NCBI GenBank assembly: GCA_030141605.1
Contig: JAQGDQ010001729.1
Coordinates: 1-27,608 of the forward strand
DNA from: Tubiluchus corallicola
Taxonomy: Eukaryota > Animalia > Priapulida
Direction of reading: 5' to 3'
DNA length: 27,608 nt
The notes beneath the pieces were generated by a model. The model did not search any database. It saw only the letters and a program-made list of their open reading frames with translations, and was not told where the DNA came from. Positions 1-11,683 of this stretch are shown one piece after another. The translations under genes were made by a program, and so were the position numbers. Every line of letters begins with the position of its first letter. Within the stretch, counting starts at the first letter, position 1.

Positions 1-8
1 TAAAATAA

Positions 9-149
9 ACTACACTACAGTACACTACACTATACTACACTACACTACACTACACTACACTACACTACACTACACTACACTACACTACACTACACTACAC
101 TACACTACACTACACTACACTACACTACACTACACTACACTACACTACA
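9..149. repeat. (ACACT)n pentanucleotide microsatellite
   Basis: About 28 near-perfect ACACT units. Confidence 0.98.
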
Positions 150-329
150 GTGGGCTTATACAAGCTTTTGCGTCTCTAGCCCACTGCAGTACAATTATTC
201 TTTTATGATAACGATAGTGTATGAAACATAACAATTTAATACACATTATGATGTAATAATTTTGATGTCACTGTGTGCTTAATGTCATTATATTGTGCTG
301 AATGTGATAATAATAAACTAAACTAAAAT

Positions 330-547
330 AAACTACACTACAGTGCACTACACTGCACTACACTATACTGCACTACACTACACTACACTACACTACACTA
401 CACTACACTACACTACACTACACTACACTACACTAAACTGCACTGCACTGCACTGCACTGCACCGCACCGCGCCGCGCCGCGCCGCGCCACACACACCAC
501 ACACACCACACCACACCACACCACACCGCACCGCACCACACCACACT
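330..547. repeat. Compound pentamer microsatellite (ACACT>GCACT>GCACC>GCGCC>ACACC)
   Basis: The 5-bp period is largely kept while the unit sequence changes in blocks. Confidence 0.95.
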
Positions 548-801
548 AAACTAAAAGGTGATTTCTCTGAAACTTTAAGTTCTTGTCCTTCACACAATGG
601 AATCAAATTATTTAATATGCTTTCTTAATCTCAGTAAGTTAGTTTACAAATGACTGCTTTTTCTCCATCATGTACTGTACATCATCCCTCAATAGAGTTT
701 TCTTAACCACTAGCAAAACATGACTGTATTTGCAGAGAAAATAGCAAATGTCACAGCAGAAAGTTACTAGTGTTATTCTTCTAGATGAATGTAGATTTAT
801 G

Positions 802-1007
802 TTTGCATTGTAGTTCTGCATCCGTCCACAAGAGGGCGCGTGTTATTGTCTGCGAGTTCGTCAAGTAAAAAAATTGTAATAACTTGGATACAATAAATAA
901 CTTTAATTGTTTAACATTTATTTCTTAATTACAAGATTGCAGTGAACTAATTTAAAAAAAATCTCACAAATTTTCATCGTTTCTTAATTGTGTGTTTTTT
1001 AGTTTCC
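802..1007 (+). repeat. Dispersed repeat, copy 1 (copy 2 at about 2956-3147)
   Basis: Shared tttgcattgYagttctgcatcYgtccacaagagggc...aaattttcatcgtttcttaattgtg. Confidence 0.88.
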
Positions 1008-1256
1008 ATTAAATGCGAATATTTTATTTGGATCAGAACATTGGCATGATGTTCGTAAGACTTCCATAAAAAAGCAGTCTGCAGGAAAAACTCAAGTTTC
1101 GATTTTTCCATTTTACGTCGAGTATAATTTTGCCTTTAGTTTTGACCCAGGGCCTATTGAATCCAGGGGAAAATCCACAGGGTAAAAAGGCAGAGGAAAA
1201 GGAAATTCCTAACCCTAACCCCTAATCATGGACCTAACCGTCACCCTAGTCAACCT

Positions 1257-1551
1257 TGACTTTTTTCCAGTGACTGCTTCCGTGACTTTTTTCCAGTGAT
1301 TGCTTCCATGACTTTTTTCCAGTGACTGCTTCCATGACTTTTTTCCAGTGACTGCTTCCGTGACTTTTTTCCAGTGACTGCTTCCATGACTTTCCAGTGA
1401 CTGCTTCCGCGACTTTTTTCCAGTGACTACTTCCGTGACTTTTTCCCACTGACTGCTTCCGTGCCTTTTTTCCAGTGACTGCTTCCATGACTTTTTTTCA
1501 GTGACTGCTTCCATGACTTTTTTCCTGTGACTGCTTCCATGACTTTTCCTG
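1257..1551. repeat. 26-bp minisatellite (GACTTTTTTCCAGTGACTGCTTCCRT), about 11 copies
   Basis: Direct tandem units; explains ORFs 1215-1565 and 1246-1488. Confidence 0.95.
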
Positions 1552-2100
1552 TTGCTTTGTGACATGTACGAACCTTCTCACTTTTTTATTTTGTTTTGGA
1601 ATTATCTTTGACATTGGTGAACAACTCGTTGAGAACCTTAGGTGCAGAATATTCTGCTAAATGTTTAAGTTCGTCCAACTCAAACTAAATGTGTGTCAGC
1701 GCTGAAGTGGTGAAATGCATTTGCTAGAAATATACAAGTATGGCAGCTACTATTTCTTTTTACCACTAATTTCATGTATCTTAGTACTCATTAGATCATT
1801 ATTTTATTCAATTCGTGTTTATTGACACTGTTTGCGTGCAGTCCGCTAGGGGCGTGCGAAGCGCTTCATGTCTGACTCACGCGTGGTAATTTTATTGCGT
1901 GATTCAACGAAGCTGTTGAATTGTTTACTTTTAGATTATTTGGCTTCAATTATGGATTATTTAATAAACGTCTCTGACCCGTCAGCTTGGCGCCAAGTCT
2001 AAGCAGCTTTGGCTTCATTTTGCCTCTTGGAGAATTTGCGTTTACCGTTTGTACGTCACGTGAGGAAAGAGTTAAACGACTGGTTTAGCTTACACAGATA

Positions 2101-2464
2101 CAGGTCCTATTTCAGGAGGGGGGAAGTGGGGATACTTCCTCGGGGCTTTACCCTCCAGGGGGCCTCGCGCCAAGGTAACATTTTTTTTGCTTTATGCGAA
2201 CATACTGCCTCCTCTCTCCCTCTCCCTCTCCCTCTTCCTCGCTCTCTCGCTCTCTCGCTGTCTGGCTCTCTGGCTCTCTGGCTCTCTCTCTCTCTCTCTC
2301 TCTCTCCCTCTCCCTCTCCCTCTCCCTCTCCCTCTCCCTCTCCCTCTCCCTCTCCCTCTCCCTCTCCCTCCCCCTCCCCCTCTCCCTCTCCCTCTCCCTT
2401 CTCTCCCTCTCCCTCTCCCTCTCCCTCTCCTCCCTCTCCCTCTCCCTCTCCCTTCTCCCTCTCC

Positions 2465-2513
<49 letters not shown>
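2101..2513 (-). mobile_element. Truncated inverted copy of the hAT-type MITE at 8866-9479, with (CT)n/(CTCTCC)n microsatellite
   Basis: 2101-2215 is the reverse complement of about 9360-9479, including the TIR variant caggtcctatttca. A CT tract follows at about 2209-2513; the second terminus is absent. Confidence 0.88.
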
Positions 2514-2518
<5 letters not shown>

Positions 2519-2551
2519 GTTCTACTAATAACATCAAAATCTTTGTGAAAA

Positions 2552-2606
2552 ACCTTGTTTATGAAGCCAAATGAACTGACCTTGTTTATGAAGCCAAATA
2601 AACTGT
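2552..2606. repeat. 27-bp tandem duplication
   Basis: accttgtttatgaagccaaatRaactg x2. Confidence 0.9.
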
Positions 2607-2796
2607 ATCCTTTGGACAAGTGAAAGTCGTCATCTATCTAGTAAAGCAACTGTTAGAAAAAAACCTTAAATTCAAGCCTGGGCACTTTTTAAAATTTGTG
2701 GAGTTTCGGTTTTAGTATTTTAATTTACGTTTGAAAAGTTACGAGCCAGCTGTGAATTCGTAACTAAAAGTTTATCTAAAGTTCACTGAAAAAAAG

Positions 2797-3266
2797 TAGT
2801 GTTGTTTTCTGTAAAGTTTTTGTTAAAAAATTATCAACTAAGAATTATTTACCATTGTTGTGGAGCAAGATTTTGTTTCAAAATTTTCACCTGCATCAAT
2901 TAAATTCCTTTAATTAATAAAGAATAATTAAACTCCTTTAAATAATAAACTCCTTTTGCATTGCAGTTCTGCATCTGTCCACAAGAGGGCAGGTGCTATT
3001 GTCTGTCATTTGTGAATTTGTAATAATTTGGCTGTACTAATTAACTTTAAACGTGTAACTTTTATTTCCTAATTACACTAATGCAAATAACTAATTTAAA
3101 GAAATCACAAAAATTTTCATCGTTTCTTAATTGTGAGTTTTAGTTTCGTAGTGTGTTGTTTTCCTTAAAGATTTTGTTCAAGAATTGTGAACTAAGGAAC
3201 TAAGAATCGTTGTGGAGCCACATTTTGTTTCAAAACTTTCATCTAGTTTAATTAAACTCGTTTAAA
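2797..3266 (+). repeat. Composite dispersed repeat: module A (about 2797-2953), module B (about 2956-3147), diverged module A (about 3150-3266)
   Basis: Module A (gtgttgttttctgtaaag...ttgtggagcaagattttgtttcaaaattttcac...aattaaactcctttaaat) recurs at 3150 and 4289; module B recurs at 802. Confidence 0.85.
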
Positions 3267-4288
3267 TCATATAGGATTTGCAGAAGAAATTGATTTATCA
3301 ATTCAGGTAAAACTGTATAAATTCCGAGAGAGCCTTGAAGTACTGTACATACATATAAGGACAACGACACAGGTATCTATCTAATCCAACGTTTCCCAAG
3401 GTGTGCAAGAATACCTCTCATACCTGTTGTTACCTGAGCTCTGTGATTATCTGCTCACCTGTCTGACTCCCTGCCGGACAGTCTCGATGATGGATTAGTA
3501 CTATAAACGGCACCGCTTTTACTCAGTTGCTCTAAATTGATTTTAAAACACGGCATGAATTCGTCCATGCTTGAAACCTGCACCAGGTTGTGGCTGTATC
3601 GGTTCGATTGTCTATCCGTCTTTAGCCGGATATCAGCTTTCACAACGTTTTGCTGTAGTGATTGTAATCTGGTCAACTGCTGGGTTTTAAGTGCAGTTGA
3701 ACAGCTGCCTTCTGGTTTAATTAGTTCTTCAGTTGGTGGATTTTTCTCCTTCCTAGGAGAGAATTGTTGTGGAATGTCTCTTATGTGGAGGTCTTAGAAA
3801 GTCAGTTCTAGTTTCCATACAAACAAGTCACACAAAAAGACATTATGAATAATTGTAGACAAGTTGGCACACAATACTCAGATGTTGTTTGTACATATAA
3901 TACAAATAATTACACAAAATACAACATTCACGTACAAAGTATATAAATAATCACAACTAGAAAACTAGTAGCAACTATGGTTCAGAAAGTTTACCCATAT
4001 TTATGTTAAGCTTACTCTGCATCGTTATAATTATAACAAAGTATATAAATTTATTTATCTTACTGTTTTTACACACTGTATATGCTCAGCTAACCAGAGT
4101 AATAAAAACTACATTAGATTTTTATAAATAATATTAGGTACTGTATACAGAGTTCTAAATTGAAATACAGATGACCTTGTTTTGACATGAAAAATCGAAA
4201 TGAATCCTATGAATCGATGCTAAAACCGTTAAAGCTTAATTACCTTAGTCACTTTCACCATTTACTAAACCGTGAAAGCAAATTTACA

Positions 4289-4774
4289 TAGTGTTGTTTT
4301 CTGTAAAGGTTTTCTTAAAAAAATTGTCAGCTAAGAATTATTTACCATTGTTGTGGGGCAACATTTTGTTTCAAAATTTTCACCTGCTTCAATTAAACTC
4401 CTTTGAATAATAAACAATAACTAAACTTCTTTAAATAACAAAGAATAATTAAACTCCTTTAAATAATAAAGAATAATTAAACTCCTTTAAATAACAAAGA
4501 ATAATTAAACTCCTTTAAATAATAAAGAATAATTAAACTCCTTTAAATAACAAAGAATAATTAAACTCCTTTAAATAAGAAAGAATAATTAAACTCCTTT
4601 AAATAACAAAGAATAATTAAACTCCTTTAAATAAGAAAGAATAATTAAACTCCTTTAAATAAGAAAGAATAATTAAACTCCTTTAAATAACAAAGAATAA
4701 TTAAACTCCTTTAAATAAGAAAGAATAATTAAACTCCTTTAAATAACAAAGAATAATTAAACTCCTTTAAATAA
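4289..4774 (+). repeat. Module A copy ending in a 28-bp minisatellite (AATTAAACTCCTTTAAATAANAAAGAAT), about 14 copies at 4391-4774
   Basis: The period of 28 was measured between successive CTCC cores (4398...4762). Confidence 0.95.
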
Positions 4775-5479
4775 AATGAAAGTTTTTACTGCCTAAAATT
4801 TTGATAAACTTTTATTACAATCATTTTTATAAATTTTTCTGTGAGTTTTAGCCATTTCCAGTGTAAAAATACGTGTCACAGGTGGAATTATTTGTTGCTA
4901 AACACGTTGCCATTCAGGTATTTACCTTTCAGGTATTTTATCAGTCTCATGATCTTGCTGGTGTCAGAAGTGAAAAGCTCCAGTTGAGAGACTTGAATGA
5001 AAGTTTCTATAGCTTTGAGAAACTGTTTTGTGAAAGTAAGTGTGCCCTGTCAACCTTTGTACGCCTGCAAACTTGTGTGGTAGAAGACTGTTTGGTGTAA
5101 AACTCATCTAACATACATGCATACAAACTTTATTTATCTATATCATCCTAAAGAAATTTAAGATACTTTTGCTTTCAACTCTTTTCTTCATAACTAAACA
5201 TAAATGTTTATCCACTTTTGCTAGCTACAATCGAAAAATTAATTTTTTTTCTTCGTTTGGCTCTAGGTCCTCATAATATTAATTTTAAACAGGTAATGGT
5301 TAAATTATTATTTAAAGATAGCCACGTGTGTCTCTTCTTTCCCATTATTGAACATTATTTTATCCTAAACTAACACATTCGTATAATAATTCAATTTTCG
5401 TTCGTCTTGAATTCAAAATCTGATAATTTTTAATTACCTGGTACAAGCGCATTAACTAATTAATTATATTAATAACAGT

Positions 5480-5657
5480 CCTGAGAGGGTGGCTGACCTC
5501 GATAACTTATAGTTCTTTCGCCACCCTTTCACCATTAATCAATAATTACTTTTGCACTTTGTAATATTATTGTTTGTTGTACAGATTTATAAATCTCTTA
5601 GTTATGTATTTTTCTATTTTAATAATGGTGATAAATTAATAAACTTACTTACTTACT
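5480..5657 (+). mobile_element. Probable 3' end of an L2/CR1-like LINE or a derived SINE
   Basis: Stem gagagggtggc (5483) / gccaccctttc (5520), then an AT-rich stretch, AATAAA (5638) and a (CTTA)3 tail. Confidence 0.5.
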
Positions 5658-5937
5658 ATAGTCGGTTTTATATAAAAACGCATTAGCATAAGTGCTACTC
5701 TTTACCTATTATAAAATACACTAATACACAGGTAATAAAACTAATATACAAAATATGATTGAAAGATATTGTAAAATGAAGTGTTGAAACAAATATATTG
5801 AAATCGCCGAAGTTTTTAATGCAGCAATTGTACATACAGAGAGTACAGAGTACTTTACATACAGTAAAAAGAGATTTTCTGAAAAAGTTAGAAAAAAGAA
5901 ATGTTCTAGTGAAATAATATACTAGAGTGTAATATTT

Positions 5938-6330
5938 ATTGCAATAGATACTAATCAGTCATGGAAAAGATGTAAATACATTAAATACATGGACACTCCT
6001 CTAAATACTGAGTACAATATTAAGAATAGAACGCAGCAAGCAACTTGTGCTTTGCTCCAGCGAAAGAATGTATTAACTAGCAAGAAATTAACCACAAGAG
6101 TTCGGTTGATTAATTCACTCGCTACCAGCATGTTTGGGTTCAACAGCTGCGCCCCCCCCCCCCCCCAATGTAGTTTTAAGAGTACAAAAACTTGCACTGT
6201 TAGCTGCAGATAGGAGTGAATGGAATGCTCTTATAAATGGCAATATCTCAGTGTCTGCAAATAGATAGAGAAATTGGACAAAAGACAAGAATGACAGAAC
6301 TTTTTGCTTCCTTAAATTTTTTTCTGAATG
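5938..6330 (+). mobile_element. Decayed RTE-like non-LTR retrotransposon, RT C-terminal fragment
   Basis: IAID...KYIKYMDT...EYNIKNRTQQATCALLQRKNVLTSKKLTTRVRLINSL resembles the RTE pattern FKYLGS...EIxxRIxxAxxAFxxLKxIxxSKKLSxxTKxRLxNSLV. A later YKWQ and EIGQKTRM are also compatible. Disrupted by a poly-C run and frameshifts. Confidence 0.55.
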
Positions 6331-6857
6331 CACAAGACAGTTTTAGTTTTTTTAATGACCTGCTTCGCCATTTTTCTTCATATTCTAGTCTCTTCGAGTA
6401 CTCGTCAACTTTTGTTTGACCTTTATTACTGACAGGTCTCGCCTAATGCTCCATAAATAATGAGCATTCCTATAGTCATACTGCCCTAAACAAACCTACC
6501 AGCTGTTGGTTTAGGAAAATGATGTGTATTTAGCTGTTTTCTACGTAATCCATCTGCTGCAAATGGTGTCCTCAAGGCGTTGTCTTTGGGCCTGTCTTTT
6601 ATAGCAGTTTTATGTTTCATTAAGGATGTGTCTGTAAGTCGAAACAGAAATTAATTGTTGTCATCTATTGTTTTCGTTTTTGTTGTTGCTGATGGTGTCA
6701 TTATCACCAATTATGTAGTTGTCATCATCGATGTCATAGTTTACAACTTGTTTTATTGTCATTATCAATGCGGTTTCTTTGTCGTTGTTTTATACTACTA
6801 TTTCACTAAAACTGAACTAAAGGACTATAGAACTAAAGCACTATTATAAAATGTTAA

Positions 6858-7290
6858 CCCTTTCATACCCGTTGTATCCCGTTTGATACGAGAATATTTT
6901 CTGCCTTTAAAATTAATAAAATTTTAAAACTGACAGTTATTTGATCTGTTAATAGTTATTTTGATTTAAACCAATAACATTAGACTAAAAATGGTGATAA
7001 AATGGCAAACTAGAAAATCTGCATAGCACAAAAAACTGTGTAAGGTACAGTGCTTTAGAGACGACTTTGTACAGATCAGCATAGCATGCATACTAAATGT
7101 CGTAAATACTTTAAAAAGTTATCAGCAGTTGCAAAATGAAGCACATTTTTTGTTTTTGTTGTGTTTTTAAAAAAGTCGGACTTTTTTGCATATGACAAAG
7201 AATGTTGTGTATCCCACAGGATACATTGGGAACAAAAGTACCAAGCTAATAGTTTTTTCGTGTTAAAAAAATAATTAGCGACTGAAAGGG
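6858..7290. mobile_element. piggyBac-type non-autonomous element (MITE), 433 bp
   Basis: TTAA (6854-6857) | CCCTTTCA ... TGAAAGGG | TTAA (7291-7294). Related subterminal quasi-palindromes gtatcccgtttgatac (about 6874) and gtatcccacaggatac (about 7209). Confidence 0.75.
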
Positions 7291-7343
7291 TTAAATGACA
7301 AATTTCCAAAATCATCAAATTTCTTTATGTTTGCTGCTGAATT

Positions 7344-7540
7344 TAAGTCATAAGTCATAAGTCATTTATTTCACATTACACATTTACAATGATTACATAT
7401 ACAATATCTAGTGAAAGGGCCTACAATGGATATAATACAAATAAGAAATACTGCACAGGAAAAGCCTCAAACACTGTTCACCTATACACGAAGGTAAATG
7501 TGTTGCGGGCAATCAAAAAGCAGGGCTTTTTAGATTATCC
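7344..7540 (-). mobile_element. Possible L2/CR1-like LINE 3' end
   Basis: The minus strand ends AATAAA(TGACTTA)3; the inner boundary is uncertain. Confidence 0.4.
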
Positions 7541-8099
7541 CACACAGTGATAGAGAAAAAAAAATAATGGAGATAATCTGAAAATTTAAAGTGAATCGTG
7601 ATAAAAAACATTAGTGCTTAAAATGGAATGATGTAATGAATGAAACTCATATATGGAATGATATAAAAGATAGAAAGACTATTATTTTTAATAGTACGTA
7701 AAATTAAAATAACTTGATTAAGCTAACACCACTGTTTTGCAACTACTGTGAGGATGGATTTAGTCTACTATACAAGCTGCAGTTTCTTTCCGTAATTTAC
7801 CTGCTGCCTACAGATCGTAATTCTTACAGTTACATACTGAGCCAACTCAGGTTAATAAGCTCACACTTTTGTTAACAGTGATATAATAAGCTTACATAAG
7901 AAAAGCAAACTTCCTTGTAGTCACTCAACAAACACCTGACTGATACTTTAGAAGAAAAAAGAGGATTATTGTTGCTACTAGGTCACTAGGAGTCTCTGCC
8001 GTGTCTGAATGACCAGGTATTTTTAACACTTCTCTCCGGTATGTACTTCTTGAAATGTGCAACTAATTACTGACTAGAGTTTGGATCATAAGTTTAAAG

Positions 8100-8249
8100 A
8101 TAAGATAGATGAGATGAGATGAGATGAGATGAGATGAGATGAGATGAGATGAGATGAGATGAGATGAGATGAGATGAGATGAGATGAGATGAGATGAGAT
8201 GAGATGAGATGAGATGAGATGAGATGAGATAAGATAAGATAAGATAAGA
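8100..8249. repeat. (GAGAT)n/(AAGAT)n microsatellite
   Basis: About 29 pentamer units. Confidence 0.98.
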
Positions 8250-8865
8250 TCATTTAAACACAGGAAAGTAATACTAAATTAGAAAGATTGAAAAAAAATT
8301 CACTTTACTGGGAATCGAACTCTGTATCTTCTGCTTTCTGCTTTTCATATTCAGAAACTTACACCATAAGCCACTATCTTAAAAACAATTGTAGTTTTTC
8401 TTGTTCTTATAAATTGTGCAATTCCAAAGTCATTTAGTTTCGTCGCATCTCTTTGTATTCTAAATGCAATTTTATCCATTTTATGATGATGCAAGAGATG
8501 AATAATCAGATGATGATGGTGATTAGGTATAGAAAGTGGTACCCACGCAGCCTCTTCTTCGTACACAACAAGAAACATCATCAGTTGAACAAGATTTCTT
8601 CAGTGTCTTCATCTGAAAAGACAAATTACCAGTTATGCTGAGATAACTAGCCGTTGTCACGAATGCGTCACCGTACTGTCATTACAGGTCGCCCCCTCTA
8701 GTGGCAGGCTTCAGTGTCCACTCGTGGAAAGGAACAGTACTTGTCATTAGATACAGTAGTGTTGGTATAATGAGGGCATGCATAATGCATGATGTATAGG
8801 TTGTCTGAGGATTTTGAATGAAGCAGATTGAAGGCCTGTATTTCCTACCCAGCTTGCTGCGCTAT

Positions 8866-8984
8866 CAGGGCCTATTTCAGCCTAAGCGAGGCCTGGGTAA
8901 GTGTGAGGCCCCCTCGCGGGGGGGGGGGCAGAAAATTTTTGAACTGCTAGAACGCCGGAGAAGCATTTTCGAAGAGAAAATATG

Positions 8985-9037
<53 letters not shown>

Positions 9038-9083
9038 CAGAGGCAAAGAGAAAGAGAGAGAGATAGAGCGAAAGAGAGAAAGG

Positions 9084-9118
<35 letters not shown>

Positions 9119-9479
9119 GCAGAGAGAGAGAGATAGAGAGAAAGAGAGAGAGACAGAGTAAGAGAGAAAGGGAGAGAGAGAGAGAGGGAGAGAGAGAGAG
9201 AGAGGGAGAGAGAGAGAGAGAGGGGGGAGAGAGAGAGAGAGAGAGATAGAGAGAAAGAGAGAGAGACAGAGTAAGAGAGAAAGGGAGAAAGAGAGAGAGA
9301 GAGGGAGAGAGAGAGAGAAAGAGAGAGAGAGGAGAGGGGGAGAGAGAGAGGGGGGGGAGATAGGAAGCAGTATGTTCGCATAAAGCAAAAAAAATGTTAC
9401 CTTGGCGCGAGGCCCCCCTGGAGGGTGAGGCCCCGGGGAAGTATCCCCACTTACCCCCGCCCCCTTGAAATAGGCCCTG
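8866..9479 (+). mobile_element. Complete hAT-superfamily MITE (614 bp) with an internal (GA)n-rich tract
   Basis: Perfect 14-bp TIRs CAGGGCCTATTTCA (8866-8879) / TGAAATAGGCCCTG (9466-9479). 8-bp TSD tgcgctat (8858-8865) / tgctctat (9480-9487), 7/8 identical. GA tract at about 8987-9360. Confidence 0.92.
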
Positions 9480-10789
9480 TGCTCTATACAGAATTAGAAC
9501 TAGTGTAATTTATTGTCTGTTTTTCTATTACGGGCACATTGTAGTTAAAACACTACAACTTTATTAAAACTTTTAATTTACATAGTTAAAAATCAGTATC
9601 GTTAAACGAGAATTTGTCATACTACCATTAGCATAGAAAATATAATAACTAATCAAAGTTAAAACCTGATTTTTTCTGAGTTGAAAATCTTGTGAGTTGC
9701 ACGAGCAGACATGCTTGCGCTTTTTGCAAGCAAGAATTCCAGTTTTGCTTCAATTACTAATCCCCTAAGTGCTGTAAAATGCCACTATTCACTAGTTGTA
9801 TGGCTGTGATTATAGAGGACTCTCTCTATGGGTAATTTCTCTTTCTAAACACTAGTTTCTTTTTGTGAGATAATAACAGTTTTGAATCGCTACACGTTAG
9901 AGAAATTTTCTGCATTTTATAGAAAAAAATGGCAAAAGCGTGGGAGCCTGTTGATTTGAGATGAGTAACTCTAGTGGAAGAGATGCAAATGGAATGGGTA
10001 GTTGGTCTAAAACATTGGTCATTTGCGCTGTGGGGATGCTTGCATGGTTTTTAGAGAACACTGCTATGATTTTGAATCATTTCTAGCGATTAAGCTTCAT
10101 AATCAGGAAAATTCCGGTCTCGCCACAACCCGGAAAGGAAAAGTTGTTGGGTTCGAGTCCACGTCTAGGTGTAACGTTTCTAATTTAGTACTGCTTTGGT
10201 GCATTTATGTGACAAATAATGTTAACTCTTTTTCCACGTTTGCTGTTGTACACATAGTTTTACAGTATCCTTGTTTTTGTAGCTGGTTTCAGTACTTTAA
10301 CGACAAAGCCATGTCACACTGATTAACCTGTCGACTCGAAATGATGGATGACCCGTAGGAAACGTGCTCGCCGCTAATAGGGGGCGTTTCTGCCATTTGT
10401 ATGCTAAAATGTCCCGCAGTTTTTTCTTATCAATCTTAGATGGGTGACTGGTTGTGATTACTCATTGTATCCAATAGACGGTAATGCCTAGTAACTAGAC
10501 TTGGACGTGCATTCAAGCTGAACTGATTTATTTATATATTAAAGTACGTTATGTTTAACTGTTCATCCTTGTATATAATTACTAGTATGTATTGATGAAA
10601 AATTGTATACAATTTTTGACTACAATTTGTATACAATTTTTGTATACACTTATCGACTATAAAGAAGAAACTTGTGTACCATAAGTTTAATATTCAAGGT
10701 TGTTAATTAAATTAATTGGGCTTTAAAATGTCATTAATTAATAAATTTAATTTAGATAGATAAAAATAGAAAAAAGGGAAAATGTTCTT

Positions 10790-10860
10790 TACCGAACTTA
10801 GTTTCGAACCGGGGACTTTTGTGCCACAAGCTCCGAGTCATACCAAGCATGCTAACCAGT
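10790..10860 (-). mobile_element. tRNA-derived SINE head with Pol III A and B boxes
   Basis: Minus strand TAGCATGCTTGG (A-box-like) ... GGTTCGAAACT (B-box-like) at tRNA-like spacing; no good cloverleaf. Confidence 0.5.
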
Positions 10861-11164
10861 TTTTGATGGTCTTTCTTTCTTCTTTCGTAATTCAGTCTCT
10901 TTCTTTCTTAATGGTTCAGCAATCAGATAAAATTTTTCTAAACTTTCAACTTCATGTTTACCTTGCATTAAAGGAAAAAACCCTTTTCTTACATAAAGCT
11001 TAAAAAACTCGACTTGAACTTTTTACTTACATGCAGTCTTATTGCATACAGGGCTTGATTTTAACTTAATTTAGCTAAAATTTAAATTGTGACCGGTAAG
11101 TCTTTTAAAACAAGTTCAAAGTTTGAAAAACTAATCAGAGCATGCGCAGAGCGCACTTTACTAA

Positions 11165-11255
11165 TTAAGCAAAAGTATGAATTACTTTATATTGTTAATA
11201 AAATCGATGAAGTGTTTTTGGTGAGCCAGTTGTGCACGCTGGGATAGCGGTGCAA
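11165..11255 (-). repeat. Dispersed repeat, inverted copy of about 24200-24330
   Basis: The reverse complement gctatcccagcgtgcacaactggctcaccaaaaacac...aaagtaat aligns with 24207-24310. Confidence 0.75.
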
Positions 11256-11683
11256 TGTTGTTTCACTAGTAGACGTGAAAAACTGAAATGATTAAGAATT
11301 TTCTAGTTACACAAGTCTTTCAAACAGGTAATTGTAATGCATAGTAATATGACTTTGTATAAAAATGTTGAGTTGTCCTTTAAAATTGCCTTTTTTCCGT
11401 TTAGTTAAACACAAACTTTATTAATTACAACATTTAAAATTCAGCAATTTAACTAGATTTCGGCGAATTTTGCAGTTCATCTACTACGGTGAGCGAATTT
11501 AAGTGAATTTAATTCAATTCAATTTGTAGTTCATCATTCCCAACTAATTAACTACGCCATAAGGTTAATGAGGTTAAACTGTAGTTAGTTTTTTAGTGTT
11601 TCTTAATAGGAATACATGGCTATTGTACATGTTCTAAATTACTGTTTTTCACAGTTCTTTAGTAAAAGGTCTAAAATCATATA

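Noticed and set aside
1148-1158. CAGGGCCTATT, an 11-bp match to the hAT MITE TIR
   Set aside because: No partner TIR, TSD or internal homology found nearby.
1208-1240. Telomeric TTAGGG-like sequence
   Set aside because: Only about two units in an internal position; not a telomere.
2009-2574. Ser/Pro/Leu and Arg/Glu/Gly-rich ORFs (likewise 8818-9388)
   Set aside because: Translations of CT/GA microsatellites, open in many frames on both strands.
4913-4938. ctttcag|gtattt as a recursive splice site in the long intron
   Set aside because: Weak regenerated donor and short pyrimidine tract; expected by chance.
10790-10860. tRNA gene (also isolated B boxes at about 8311 and 10150)
   Set aside because: Acceptor and anticodon stems do not pair convincingly; better explained as SINE relics.
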